A stretch of 64,000 nt of DNA from Octopus vulgaris. Lineage: Eukaryota. The notes beneath the pieces were generated by a model. The model did no database searches. It worked only from the letters and a program-made list of their open reading frames with translations, and was not told where the DNA came from. Both the position numbers and the translations under genes were made by a program. Every line of letters begins with the position of its first letter. Positions within the stretch are counted from its first letter, which is position 1. Where the stretch lies: NCBI GenBank assembly GCA_951406725.2, contig OX597832.1, positions 30,814,001 to 30,878,000 of the forward strand, written 5' to 3'. Below, in pieces: positions 49,389 through 63,074 of this stretch.

Positions 49389-49888
49389 CTACAAGAAGAA
49401 TGAAATGAGAATGATTAAAACACTTATTTTTTTCTGTCTTAGTTGCTAGTCTTAACCATAAACTTTGTCCCTATCCTTGTAATTTCTTAATCCCAGTCAC
49501 TAAAACTCAATTACATGATTATCTTCCTTTTCTTGTCTTGTCTTCACTGTATCAAGTGTCTAACAACTATATCCAATGGTTGTTAATGCTACTGAAGAAG
49601 TAGGTCTATCTCAAGGTGCTGAAACTGTCAGAAAACTTTGCAAGGCAGCTGATGAAGGTGTTAAACTTCTTTTTTTTTCCCCTTTGATAAAAGCATGTAG
49701 CTGATAAACTCAGTTACATGCTTTTATCATTTGTGCGGCATTGCAATAGGTGTATGTATGGCTGCAGTTAAGAAATTTGCTTCTAAATTATGTGGTTTCA
49801 GGCTTAGTCCTACTGCGCGGCATCTTGAGCAATTATCTGATGGAAACTGAAAGAAGCCACTTGTATGTATATTATACACACATACAAT

Positions 49889-49947
<59 letters not shown>

Positions 49948-50393
49948 GTGTGTATATATACATATATATGTATATATGTGTGTGTGTATGTGTATATATA
50001 TATATGTATGTATGTATAATGTACATACAAGTGGCTTCTTTCAGTTTCCATCAGATAATATGTGTATATATGTATATGCGTGTGTGTGTGTGTGTGTGTA
50101 TATGCAATAATTGTAAACCAGTGTAACTGACATACAGGCTGTGCTGTTCATTTTCAATCTTCCATGAAAACATGTTTGGTCATGGAGAAATACTAAGTTG
50201 CTTGGAAACAGGAAATGGTTGGCAACAAAAAAGGGCATCCAGCCTTAGAAAATCTGTCTCCATGAATTTTGTCTGATCCTTGCAATTATTGAAAAATGAA
50301 CATTGTGATGATGATGATGATGATGATCTCACACACACACACAATTTCCTGTCTAAGCCTATGAAAGACAAGGCATTGAAAATTTGCACTTAC

Positions 50394-50414
50394 CTGTTAG
50401 GTTTGCTCCAATAT
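50394..50414 (-). CDS. TATDN1: TATDN1 exon 2, 21-nt microexon (DIGANLT)
   Basis: ttacag|ATATTGGAGCAAACCTAACAG|gtaagt. Confidence 0.92.
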
Positions 50415-52042
50415 CTGTAAGTATTTTAAAAAAAACATCAATAATAATGAAGCAGATTTTAAAAAATATATCCTACATGTGTATCTAAAAACATATATAT
50501 GCATCAAATGAATAGTAAACACTACATTATATAAAAAGGTACAAAAAGTGAGTTTGTGTGTGCATACAATTTGAATTTTCAACTAGATATTACACAAACA
50601 TTCATAAGAAATTTTCAGCTTGTTTTTCCAGATATATTTGGAGATTGAAAGAAACTAGTGACAGCATATTTTATATAACTCTGTCTATTCTTATTTCTGC
50701 TCCTTCTTAAAAGTATGGAAGTAACAGAAATAACCTGAATTATCATCTTTGCATGACTGAAAACATTTTGATGTTAGTACAGAACTAGAACAGCTTGAAT
50801 TCAAGAAATGATATTCTATGTAATTGCTCGCATAAAGCAAAATATCTGCTGTTTAAAAACTTCCTTTCATTTTTAGTATTCTTTTCTCTTTACCGGTTTT
50901 TCTTTTCTTATCACACTGCAAACAAGAAAAGATATAAATGAAAAGATTTTATGAATAGAGGGATAAATTTGAGCATTTTTTGAAGGCAAATGATTTTCAT
51001 CCCAATATATTGTAATACTAACCTTTGCATTTCCTTCCTCATTTTTGCATATTTATTAAATATCACAATATTTTTTGAAGTGTTTAAGCATAAATAAGAT
51101 TTTGTGAATGTTTAAATCAATATCTTTGATTGATAACCATTAGTACAGCCTGAGTGGCCCTCGTGCCAGTGGTATGTAAAAGCACCCACTACACTCTTGG
51201 AGTGGTTGGCATTAGGAAGGGCATCCAGCTGTAGAAACTCTGCCAGATCAGACTGGAGTCTGGTGCAGCCATCTGGTTCGCCAGACTTCAGTCAAAATCG
51301 TCCAACCCATGCTAGCATGGAAAGCGGATGTTAAACGATGATGATGATGATGATTTGTCTTTTCAGTTTAGCTGACTGTCTTTGCATCTGCACTTATTGC
51401 TTTTTAATTCACACACAAACACACACTCTTACTTCTTCATTCATTTTATGGTCCTTTTTTCCATGCTAGCATGGATTGGACAAATAAAATTACTGAAACA
51501 TTGTTTTATGGTTGCAAGGCCTTCCTATCACTAACTTTTACCTGTTTTTTAACTGAAGAATTTTCATCTTCCATTTGTCTTCAAAAGTGCAGAGCCAGAG
51601 GTGTCTGCTGATAGGAAACACCTGATTTTAGCTCAATCTTTTCAAGCCAAATGCAGAATGTAAACATTTGCTCAGACATCATATTTATAGTATCATTGTG
51701 TCCTAAGGTGGGTCATCAGCCAATATTAACATATGCACTGATTTAATGCCACTCAGTTTTATTATTAATCAATTGGTTAAATAGCCAACGAATTGTTTAA
51801 CTTCGTTAAACAGTTAGTCGTTTGTTTATGTATCTCCTATGTGCATGTTTGTATTTGTTTCTCATCATAGTTTCGCAACCGGTGTTGGTTTGTTTATGTC
51901 AACGTCATTGAAGGTTAGGCAAAAAAAAAAAAAAAAAAGAAGGGACCGATAGAATATGCACAAGGCTTAGAAAAAAAATTACAGAGGTCGATATGTTCGA
52001 TTAAACCAGTCAATGCACTCCAGTATGTCCGCAGGCTAAGTA

Positions 52043-52097
<55 letters not shown>

Positions 52098-52674
52098 TAT
52101 ATATATATATATATACACACACATATATATATACACATATATATACATATATATATACACATGTATATATGTATGTGTATTTATATATATATATATAAAC
52201 AAATAATACACACACTCAATAATATATTGTGTACTGTCCTCTTTTAACCATTTCTGTCTATTTCTACTGATAATCACTAATTTATTTTCTAAAGATAATT
52301 AAAAAAAAAAATCTGAGAAAGCTTCGGGATTTGAAACTGCATCAACGTTTCAACGGTGGCGGGAATTTACCTGTTGCCCCTACGACGCCGACATCCCCAT
52401 TTCAACACTAATTCATATTTGTCTATTACATAATACCTGTCTTTCTTTCCCCCTTACACACTGATACCAAGACAGACATAGTCTATATATATCTGCATAC
52501 ATGTTAAAGGAAAGCAACACGTTTTCACACACATGATCTCTCGATGCTTTCATACAACCAAACACACAAACAACAACAGGCTGTTGTCGGAAGTTTTAAC
52601 GAAGTTGAAGGAAATATCTAATGGAGGCATCTGGAAAAAAAGTGTGTCAGAGGCTGAGTGAATTAAAATCAAAG

Positions 52675-52861
52675 TGACCAATCAGCTGCGACTTCAGCCG
52701 GTTTAGTGAACGGCGATTGGTCAGTCGTCGGAATCATTAATTACGTCACGTAGGTGTCCAGTGTTAAGTGGAAAGTTGGCCGGGGTGGAAGTCAGGACGG
52801 AACTTGGAATTATTTGCTGTTGTTTGGCCAAAGAGCAACAGTGAACCCCCTTCTAAAGATG
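52675..52861 (+). promoter_or_regulatory. Putative promoter and first exon (ATG|GTAAGT) of an unidentified + strand gene inside TATDN1 intron 1
   Basis: Inverted CCAAT boxes TGACCAATC (52675) and GATTGGTCA (52715); CRE-like TTACGTCA (52741); local CpG enrichment; aaagATG|gtaagt at 52859-52867. Confidence 0.5.
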
Positions 52862-55800
52862 GTAAGTACAACAATGATATCGATGGCTATCAGCTATCGT
52901 TCGAGGAACACAAATGTGTGTGTTTTAACTTTAAAATGTCCCTCCGCGGTAAATTAATTTCAGTCACGTTTTTTTTGTTTGTGTGAATTTTTGATTTTTA
53001 TTTATGTAATTTTTTTTTCGTTTCATTGGTGACCGGTTTCGATCCCCGGTCAATGCCACATAATGCACCATCACTACCGCCGATAGCAACAATGTAACCA
53101 CGAGGAAGCTTCGAGATTATTGGTTTCTTAACCTTTTTAATATTCGGGCCAGATCCAAAAACCTCTTTTTTTTTTTTTAGGGGGTCGCACAAAAAAAAAA
53201 AAAAGACTTATTTATAGAGAGAAGACCATCGGGGGTGAGTGGGGTGCTGGAAGGATTTTTGAGGGCTGCATTCTGCCCTGGGAGCGTGCAGCGGCGAAGA
53301 ACCGCTCCTCTAGGTAATCGCTAGACCTGCTAAAAATAATAGCCAAGTCCCACTCCACTTTCCTAAACAAGAAAGGACTTATCTAATTATGTGAGTCCTT
53401 ATGATACTACTTTTACAACGACGGGACAGTCGTGATTTGATGGAACTATGATCACAGGTTGTACTCACTCTGAGTTGACCTGGTGTTAAACAAACAACGG
53501 CAACAATATTTTTTATTTAAAAAAATCTTGGTCTCTCCATTCATCTAATCTCTCTTTTAAAATCTTCTCAGGCCTTTCTGATCCTTGAATAGGAACTCTT
53601 TATACGTCGTGTTATGCTTTGCGAAATAGTTCGACATATTTCTTAAAAGCAAAAAAAAAAAGCTTATTTGAATGGCCTTGAAAGTAAGAAGAAACGAATG
53701 CCACACTTGCACACTTCTTGTAAATATTTTGATGACGGAATGTCTCCTCTGCAAGAATCGAGACGGGACCTTTTCACTTGTTTATAAATATATATCTGCT
53801 GTACCTTTCCTTGTAGTCAAGGAAGGATTTGATTAAAACTTCGTTTCTACACAAATCTAAACAGTTTTAAGAATCAAGTCTTCGTTTGTTCATTCTGAGA
53901 ATATTTTCCTTTAGCTGTTACAGGTTTTTTTTCGTGTCCTGTTTATAAATAAAACCCATTACTAACTTCTAGACTTTTGTAAATAAACAAAAAAACAAGT
54001 TTTAAAGTGACTCTATTTAATTAATTAAATTAAAACTAACTCGAACAACAAGGCAGCGTGGCAGTTAAACTGATTAATGTCTAAACTTCATAATAGTTAT
54101 CCACTGCGGTGGCTGTATTAATAGTAGTAGTTAATAATAATCATTTATTTGAGAACAAAAGACTAATCTTTCCGGAGGGGCCTGTCCCTGTGTGGTTGTT
54201 CGACTTGTTAAAAATAGCAGCCAAATCTCTGAAATCGCACCCGAAACATCCTTGAGGACTACATTATCTTGTGATTGAAATTAAGGTGGGTGATTACGGT
54301 TGAATTACCTTTGATCGTAATTCTGCATTAACCAGAGCTGGTCTGGCCATAAACTACAACAGTTCTGTTCACTCTTCAGGGAGGCTCACTCTGCTAGAAA
54401 TAGCAGTCAAATATCTCTCAGTATTGAGCTAGCGAACCCATCCACCACCACTATCTTTCTCAAATATTTATAACAAAGATGGAAAGAACCTTTTTTTTTT
54501 AACATAAGAGACCGAAACTTGATAAAAAAAAATTTTTTTAATGAAGTGTTTGATATTGTTTGGAAAATGAGTGGTCATTCTATCTGCTGGAAATAGCAAT
54601 CAGATCTCCCTGAACAATTAGTAAAGATCTGGGGTAAATACCTCTCCCCCACCTTTTTGGTTGTTGTTTAAAACATTTAGAAGAAATTTCTCAATAATAA
54701 TAATAATTAATTCCGAAGTTGTAATTCTTAAATTCAAATGAAGACTATTATAATCTTAAAGAAGACGGTAAGACGATTCAGTAATATTTCGGCATTGCCT
54801 TCCGTTAATTTCATTTTTCTAGGAATATATTGAACAAAATCGAATTAGTGGGGATTCTCTGGGCTGCATGTGTTGCTAGCATTTGGTGGTTTGTGTCTGT
54901 GATTGATTGGGTTGTATAAAAACCGGAATTGGTTTGGCGAAAAGCGAAACTGGACGATCCGTACGCGACAGGAGCTTTGACTATATATATAAAGGCATAA
55001 CTACACATTAGAGCTCCCGATTTAGTTTTTTTTTTTTATGCTCTTCAAAATGCATATTTTTGAGTGATATTTTACAAAGATACGTTTTTAGAGTGTAGAT
55101 TACGATTATATCGATTACATAGCATCTTCGGAGGGATTCTGATCGCAGTGCACCATATAACCCTGCAGAACTTTTCTGGTTTTTGCGAATTTGTTTGGTT
55201 ATGAAAAGATTTTCTCTAATCCCCGACCTCATAAATTTTCACTCTCTTTTCGAATTTTTTTAGTCACAGTATTAAAACACAGTCAGTCCAAATTTGCTAT
55301 TTGTTTCTGTTTTATAATTTTTGAAATCCAAATTCAAAAAGTTTAAATGCACCCAGCCTAGATCCTATCTAAGAGATCGAAGCATACCATGTAAATCGGT
55401 CATAACTTTTAATTTTTGGTATTTTCAGAAAATTTTTGCGAATTTGTGTTCTACATACTGGACCTCGCATGCAAAAAGAAAATTCCCCCCCCCCAATCGT
55501 TACAGATGTTCAAAATGACAAACAAACGAGGAAGGTACGTGGTGGTCGTGGGATGTGCAAGAAACGACAGTTAAACCTCCCTTAAATCGTCAGAAAATTA
55601 TTTTGAAATGAAAGAAACAAAATGCCAGATTTGGACTAGAATTCCTTTTCTTTTCTCACTCTCCCCCAACTCTGTTTTCTCGTAACTTTCTTCAACTTGA
55701 ATCCTTTTTTTAATGACACTTTGTAGATATACGTTTTCGAGGGTGTATATTATTATGACTGATGTTCAAACATATAATCATGTACACTCAAACCTACTAA

Positions 55801-58504
55801 TATGAATGTGGTGATAACGAATTTACAGTACGCTAAAATAAAAAAAGTTGAATGCTTTTATGTAATTCGGAATGAAGATTATTAGAGAAGAATTACTTCC
55901 GAGATTATTTGAGAAAAACAATTTCGTGTATTCCTACATCTCTTCTCAAGTAGTAAAGAAAATATATATATATATATATACATACACGCTTTTATACAAA
56001 TAGATTTTTAAAAACTAAACTGATTTGTAATTAATAAAACTTTGCAGCTAATTTCCTATCTGGTTAATTACTGACTACAAAGAAAAGATGGCTAAAACGA
56101 ATTAAAGAGAGAAACTGATTTAAAAAAATTTCAAGTTACTTTATTATTATTTTTTCATTTGTTCCTAAACTTCATTTTAGCTTTCTTTTAATTATATAAA
56201 TTATAATAGCCATTTACAATTTGTTTCTCTCTCTCCCCAACAAATTGATCACCACGTGTGTACAACCGACATGCTACAGACATTCCCATCCTCAGTTTAA
56301 GAACAGCCTTCTTTAGTTTTATGTCCTGTCCCTTTACGTTATAAGTTCAAATCCTGTCCGGGGCGACTTTTAAATTTTATTGTTTCGGCATCAGTATATC
56401 TTTTCGAAAACACACTGGCCCTTATTTCAATGTTTTCCTATCACTCTATTAAATACAGCTCCCTTAAAAATATGGCTCGATACGTTTTAAGTTTGAGTAT
56501 ATCAATCGAGTGTTGATGCTGTAATATATACACCACGGTTTCAATTCTTGGTTGTAACCGCTTTGCATCAATTATGTTGACGATGCTCTAGGAGAAAAGC
56601 GTAAACATCACAAATTCATTTCGAATATTTCCTTTGAACATAAATTATGGTGGCTGTATGTGTGCTATTCTCAATGAGGGCCTGTTTCGATCAGTGGTTT
56701 TTCTTTTATGTGTTTAGAATTTGGGTTTCAAGGTAGTTCACTTCATTCAGAAACCGTTGATTCTTAGAAAATGCAAGAATGTTACAACTTTTCATGCTTC
56801 CTCTTACACTAAACAAAAGCTTCAACAGCTATGGTTTACAAAAGGCCCAGCAAAAATTATAAAAAAAAGCTGTATTCATTTTAATAAAGGTTTGTCACCG
56901 AACTATGCACAAAGGTATTCTAACCTTGGCCATCACGTCACTCAGACACTCGACTAGAAGACAATTACCGGTAAATCTTTACCCAATGGTAAACGATTAC
57001 CTTTTGGGCGAGTCGTATGTTATATTAAACCCAGATCATCTTGGTTCTAGAAACCTATGGTCAAAGACACTCAGATCGTGACCATCTCGTCTTTTTCTCG
57101 GTGCAGCGTATTTCAGATCACAGCATCCAATTTGGCTGCTATTTTTAGCTGTTTGGGCGACCGTGTAGGCAGCGATCAACCGTGGCTCATGACCGCATGC
57201 GTTCCTCAAACATCCTTCCGACTCTCTTCTATAAATTTAATAAACTGATCCGAAACTCCGCCAATTTTCTCTTAATTGACTTTCATTTTTTTCTTTTTTG
57301 TTGCAACCCTTTAAAAGGCTCCCAAGTTTTTAACCTGGCTCGAATATTATAATGGTTGACATCCACTAGTATAGAATGCTCTCTTTGGTTCGTGTGTTCA
57401 TGAGGTGGAGGTAAAGAATACGTACACCACCGGTTTTCGGCGTAACAAAAACCCCAGCCCTAAAACTAACCCTAACCACTGTGTGCCTGGTTTTAGAAGT
57501 TTTCTTCCACTTTCCTAGCAATTTCACAGGATGTCGTTAATATTCTTTAGACAGAAGAACGACGACGAATTCTCAATTCTCTGTCGGCTTTGTTACCGAG
57601 CCGAGTCTTACTGCTCGGGTTTTGCTTCATCTCACTTCACTAACGTTGCTAATACTCACGAAGAGGGACCGAAACCTGTTACACGGCTAAGACAACCTTA
57701 TACAATGTGTTCTTGATGTAAATAAGTCGACTTATCGACTAGTATCAAGGTGGTCGGTCTGAGCCATTTCTTCAGTTTTTATCTCCATTCGCGTCATTTA
57801 TATGCGAGTCTGTGTGTGCCTTATGTCAGACTATTAAGTTTGACTCCCAAAATTCGGGTGTCTTTATCATATTGGTAGTACATCAAGGGTCCACAGTCGT
57901 TACTGTTAACTGTTTCTAGTCAGTGTGACGTTAAAGGTCGCCGTCAATGTTTACTTGTTACTATGTAGTACGCTTTTAATTATCATCATTAATCATTCAT
58001 TTAACGTCAGTTTTCCATCTTCTAATTAACCGGTCCTGGTGATATCTGCCACATTGTGTTTCCCTGTGCTTTTCATGGCCTTCAATCAGTTTCATCGGCA
58101 AAATTTCACTTTCTTTGTGTCCCTGTACTTTCAGAAGCTTTAGACTCTACACAATCACATTTTCATTCAATTACAGCGATATTCCCGTGGAATTAATCAA
58201 CCAATTTGGTGCAATGTTGGCGATTTTAATCGTATTCCTACCAAACACATGCACAAAGCCACCTATTTAGGGAAAGGGTTAGTCTGTTATACCTCTGTTC
58301 GCATCTAGGATTCTATGTAGCAACATTAAATCCACTTTGGTATTTGACTGATACTTAATTTTATTTTAACGACTTCTGAGGCTGGGAAGGGAAACTCCGC
58401 TTCGACAGGATTTCAACCCAAAACGTACCGGTACGAAATTACTAAGGGCAATAATAGTTTTTCTGATTTCTTTGTTATAAAGCTAGAGTGAATGAAGAAC
58501 CTAC

Positions 58505-58520
58505 CAATAAACTTGAACAT
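58505..58520 (-). CDS. TATDN1: TATDN1 coding exon 1 (MFKFI)
   Basis: ccaacATGTTCAAGTTTATTG|gtagg; phase 1 joins to DIGAN and gives the conserved FIDIG. Confidence 0.85.
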
Positions 58521-58690
58521 GTTGGTAATTAGACGTGTAACAACTCGACGTGAATTAATCATCAAAGCCACTCAACTTCCCTCTTTCCTGGGACGGAGCT
58601 TAATTGGACGGCCGCTTATGTACACGAATGTAGCGGTGTCGGTGCGTGGAGCTATGATGTAAGCGGCCTCGCAAAGACTCGGCTTTTCTG
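58521..58690. promoter_or_regulatory. TATDN1 promoter, probably bidirectional
   Basis: CpG-rich patch immediately upstream of the TATDN1 ATG; + strand TCT-like CTTCCCTCTTTCC at 58576-58588 and ATGAT|gtaagc at 58654-58664. Confidence 0.5.
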
Positions 58691-59604
58691 TTTTAATTAA
58701 CTGCAAACTTTTTAATTACAATAAATAAAATAATATTAAAACAAATGAAATCCGAAAAGGACTATTCATGGTCGGGGTCGTCAACATAGTTAATAAAATT
58801 ACTAAAATGAGTTGGTATGTTGTGAGAAGAAGCCAAGTTTTAATTAGAAATGTTTTGATAATTTTTGAATGAGAGTTGAAGGGAGTCGCATTTCTCCCGG
58901 AACTTTTGAATCTTATTTTACAAATGTCTAAACATTCCTCGCGTTTGCTTCCTCTTTGCAATGATTCTCTAAACCCTTGTTGATGGTTGTTTCAATCCTT
59001 AAAATCCCGAACTATAAAACCCGCCAGTAGTTTCTGCTTCCTTCATATACAAATATTTTATCTAGATTCCCCCAACTATCCAAGTAGTTTTGCTTGAAAT
59101 AGTATTTAAAATAGATATCAATTGGCAAAATGTTTACTTTAACACCCGGCCACCAAAAAAAAAAAAAAAAGAAAGTGTAATAGGTATTAAAAAAATGTAA
59201 TAAACTATTCTCCATTTCTTGACAATAAATGATATACTGTAAGGTTTTCTCCCTCGACTCTCTTCGCAGAGCAACGTGACCGATTCAGAGAGAGAGAGAG
59301 CAGGACCCAATATTTGACTGGGATTTTGTTGGCTCCCTGACTCTAAAAGATGGTTTGATGGTGTAGAATTTTATTTGTACACAGTTCCTGTTGTTTAAAA
59401 CCCAGGTTAGCCCTGACATAACACGATATAGATCAACTAAATCCATTTCAGCTCTTAACCATCCCGTCTTTTGACATTTCATGGCATACACTGACCACTG
59501 CTCCCGTCCTTTTATAAGACTGTATGGTAGGGATTTAGGGAAATGTGGCTGCTGTTTCTAGCTTCAAATAGAGGCTACATCACAATTCATAGCGGCAGTA
59601 ATAT

Positions 59605-59800
59605 CATCGCTCTCTCTTTCTTTCACCCTCTCTATCTCGTCTCCTCATCTCTCAAGTCCCTTTCTCTTTTTCACCCTCTCTATCTCGTCTCATCTCTCCT
59701 GTCCCTTTCTCTCTCTCTTTCACCCTCTCTATCTCGTCTCATCTCTCCTGTCCCTTTCTCTCTCTCTTTCACCCTCTCTATCTCGTCTCCTCCTTTCTCC
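59605..59800. repeat. CT-rich tandem repeat, ~48 bp x4
   Basis: Unit TTTCACCCTCTCTATCTCGTCTC repeated four times. Confidence 0.85.
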
Positions 59801-61095
59801 TATCCCTTTCTCTCGCTGTTGTTTCTCTCTTTCTCTATCAGTCTCACCCTTTCTGAAATCTTGGGTCGCTTACATCAATTAACCAGAGAGAGGAGGTAAG
59901 TGGCCCATCCGTGATATCTGACAACCTGTTTCGGGTAAGCGCCAACTTTCTCTTTTCACAAATTTCACTTGGAAATCGATCGATCAATGAATGGTCCATC
60001 ACGTTTCTCATTTTGTGTAATTTTGTTCTTTTTAAACAACCCCATCCACCCGAAACATAGCAGACCAGCAGCATTTTCTGAAAAAAAAAAAGATCATTGA
60101 TACCAAAACGACTATTATTATTATTATTATTATTATTATTATCCTCATTTGTGCGATTTTGTATTCTTCTAATATTTATTTCTCTTCGTTCATTTTGTGG
60201 CAAATTCGTTGTTATTGAAATAAAACGATTGTTATTTTCGCGATCGGTGTTTGAAGAATGGAAGAAAGTGTTGGGGGTTCGCTCCTTCCTTAGATCTCAT
60301 TATAAACAAGTGCGTGTTTGTTAATTTGGCATTTCTCATATTTCCAGGCTGCAAGGAAAAAATAAGGCAACAAACGTTTCATTTCTGCCATTTTTTTCCT
60401 TCTTCACATTATCCAAACTGAATAATAATAATTTCTTGAATATCTATAATTATATATTGGCGCTGCTATTTTATTGACACTTGGCTTATTCACCAACGGG
60501 GTTGGGAGTTCACTATTATTATATAGTAAAGGGGAAAGAATGAAATTCTATGAATTATTAGGAAATCTAAATAGTCTTCGGTGACGCCACGACATTATTA
60601 ATTGCAATTTCGCTTTCACCCTGTCGCATGGCCAGATTTGGCAAGAGAGTCAATATTGTCGATCAGAATCGGTGTGTCTACTGAAACGTAATTGGAATGC
60701 AGGATTTGAATTCTTATGGACAAACACTGTCTGATATGTAACATTAGGGGTCCATTGCTTTTGGCACGAAGAAATTTTAGATTCTGATTTTTCAATTTGT
60801 ATTTCATCCCCCCCGGGGATGAATAAGATAAATACTATGTTCTGGAGACACTTCAGATGACCAGACTCTTCTCTTATAGATTTACGATATGATGTCATTA
60901 TGGAGAATTGGTATTATTTGGTCAACAGAATGACCAAAAAAAAAAAAGAGATTTGCATTGTTTAGTTATGGCTGTTATCTTTGAGTCCTTTTTACTGAGA
61001 TAAACTTTGTTGTTCAACTCTAATTAAGCAGATCCACCTTATGTTTTTTTTAAAAGTGTTATCCAATGTGTCCTTCATTTTCTAACTTGTTAGTA

Positions 61096-61768
61096 TGAGG
61101 TGGTATCAAAAAGTTACCAGACTAGTTCTGTAACGCGCCAACAGATGGCAGCACATGGTTGCACGCTCAATGAAAGCTAGCAGTGACCTTCGTGAGGCAG
61201 TGTGCTGAGTGATATTACTGTGTTTACTTGGCAGGTTGTGAAATTAGTGTTTTCTGTAGTCTGCGATTTTGTGATGGATAAGAACAAAGACTCAATGTGA
61301 AATTCTGTGTTAAACCTGGGAAGTCTGCTGCAGAGACATTGAGCATCCTTTGACAAGCTTACGGTGATGAGACAATGGGTCGTATGCAGTGTTTTGAGCA
61401 GCCTGGGCATTTCAAATGCAAAAGAATATCCTTTGAAGACGATGAGTGATGTGGAAGACTTGCCATGAGTGTCGGCCTTGGAAACGTGGAGAGAATTCAT
61501 CAGCTTGTGCACGAGGGTCGTCAGAGGACAACCAAAGACATTGCTGATGTTGTGTGGGTCTGTGCAGGCAATCCTGACATCTGAATTGAACATGCAGCAT
61601 GTCTCTGTCCAGTTTGTTCCCCACCTGCTGAGTACAACTGAGTAGAAAGAACATCACATCAAGATCTCCATTGGCATGCTGCTGCTGATGACTCCTCCTC
61701 CAAGTTGTGCATCATCACTGGTGATGAGAGTTGGGTCTATGGATACGACCCTGAGACGAAGCATCAGT
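61096..61768 (+). mobile_element. 3'-truncated mariner remnant
   Basis: TA+TGAGGTGGTATCAAAAAGTT TIR; KFCVKPGKSAAET; FVPHLL; IITGDESWVYGYDPETK at ~61710-61765. Confidence 0.88.
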
Positions 61769-63074
61769 TTATTTCCTGATAGATTAATACAAGTTACTTC
61801 AATTATTCCCTTAAATTTATTCCATCAGACTAGAAATGATGTTTTTGGGTGTTGACTGCATTCTTCAATTCTTTTGTTACCATGTTTCTGCCAAAATGTT
61901 CTTTGTTCAATTCATTTTGAAAGTTAGGAAGAATTTGGTAAAATAACTTTGCCATTAAGTTGGTGTCTGGAACATAAATTACAATGAAATTTTGATGTAA
62001 AGTTTTAATTTGAATCACTTTAAAACTGGGGATTTGTATCATTTGAACTTGGGGCTATTTCAGACAGGCTTTTATTGGAAGTATCAAAAGAAGGGCAGTC
62101 CCTGGCTATCATTTTTTCAAGTTTTGCCAGATTGGGGAGTTTGATGTATTTGAGAGTTCAGCTTGAATGTCTGTGTGTCAATGTTTGCAGGAAAAAGTGG
62201 GTAGGATGGGAATAGCAGATTTAGGGAAGAAAGCTGGTGGGTAGGGCACCAAAGGGAGATTGCTGGGCTTGGATAGCTTGAGGGTGAGCAGTTCAGGACA
62301 GAGTGTTGTGGTAATAGAGGAAGCTGTGTCTGAGCTAGCGGTCGAAGTTACCGAGTTAATGTAGCAATTAATCAAATGGTCTTGTTTTTGAATTTAATCA
62401 AGGAAGCATAACCTAATCACCTTTGTTTAGTTACTTTGCTTTTGTAATTCTTATTGATCAGGTATTGATTTTGTGTAACCAATCTGAACCATTTTAGCTA
62501 ATCTTTTGCTTCCGTATTGGCTCGCTTCTCTGTCCAATTTTACTGGGTATTGCAAGTTTTTTCCTTTCAAGTACAATTACTCATCTCCCTCCCTTCTCTC
62601 TTTACTTGAAAGAAATTCTTTACTATTTTCTTGTTTTTATTGAACTGAACTTAATTTTTGTATCTAAATTTTTTGTAATAACTGTTACATTTTGAAATTT
62701 TTTTTTCTATGTCATTGTTTAATTACAGTAATAATAATTCTTATACTTAGCTTCTGAGGGCAATTATGTTAAAATTTCAGTCAGACATACAAGAATATAA
62801 AATGTTGAGATTCAAGGGTTTAACAAAACCTGTGGGGCAGATCAAGTTTGTAAAATAGAAACAGGGAGCGAAAGACTTTATACAATTGGATGTGAGGATT
62901 TGTAATATAGACACAAAACCACAAATCTGGTGGAGGAGGAGGAGGACATTCAATTAATCTCAGTATTTGGTTGATATCTTTTTTTATTGATCCTCAAAAG
63001 ATTAAAGACGGTGTTAATCTAGGCAGGATTTGTGCTGGGAAAATAGCCAGGACTAATTTCCACAAGGCATTTTG

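Larger units (their letters stand above)
41872..58520 (-). other. TATDN1: TATDN1 gene span (12 coding exons, 298 aa TatD-family nuclease)
   Basis: Spliced CDS is 897 nt: MFKFIDIGANLTD...GCHPT...VGECGLDYDR...PMFLHSR...VHSF...IETDAPWC...RNEP. The TatD metal ligands E, H, H, D are intact. Confidence 0.95.

Noticed and set aside
52371-52400. ATG-containing segment as the main TATDN1 first coding exon
   Set aside because: The ATG frame hits TAG and has the wrong phase; MFKFI at 58520-58505 restores the conserved FIDIG.
57655-57690. ACGAAGA-GG..CC-GAAAC hammerhead-like motif
   Set aside because: Two mismatches in the CUGANGA core and no convincing stems I or III.
62178-62375. Purine-rich segment / 65-aa minus ORF as an exon
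   Set aside because: No recognisable motif and no phase-consistent link to the candidate first exons.
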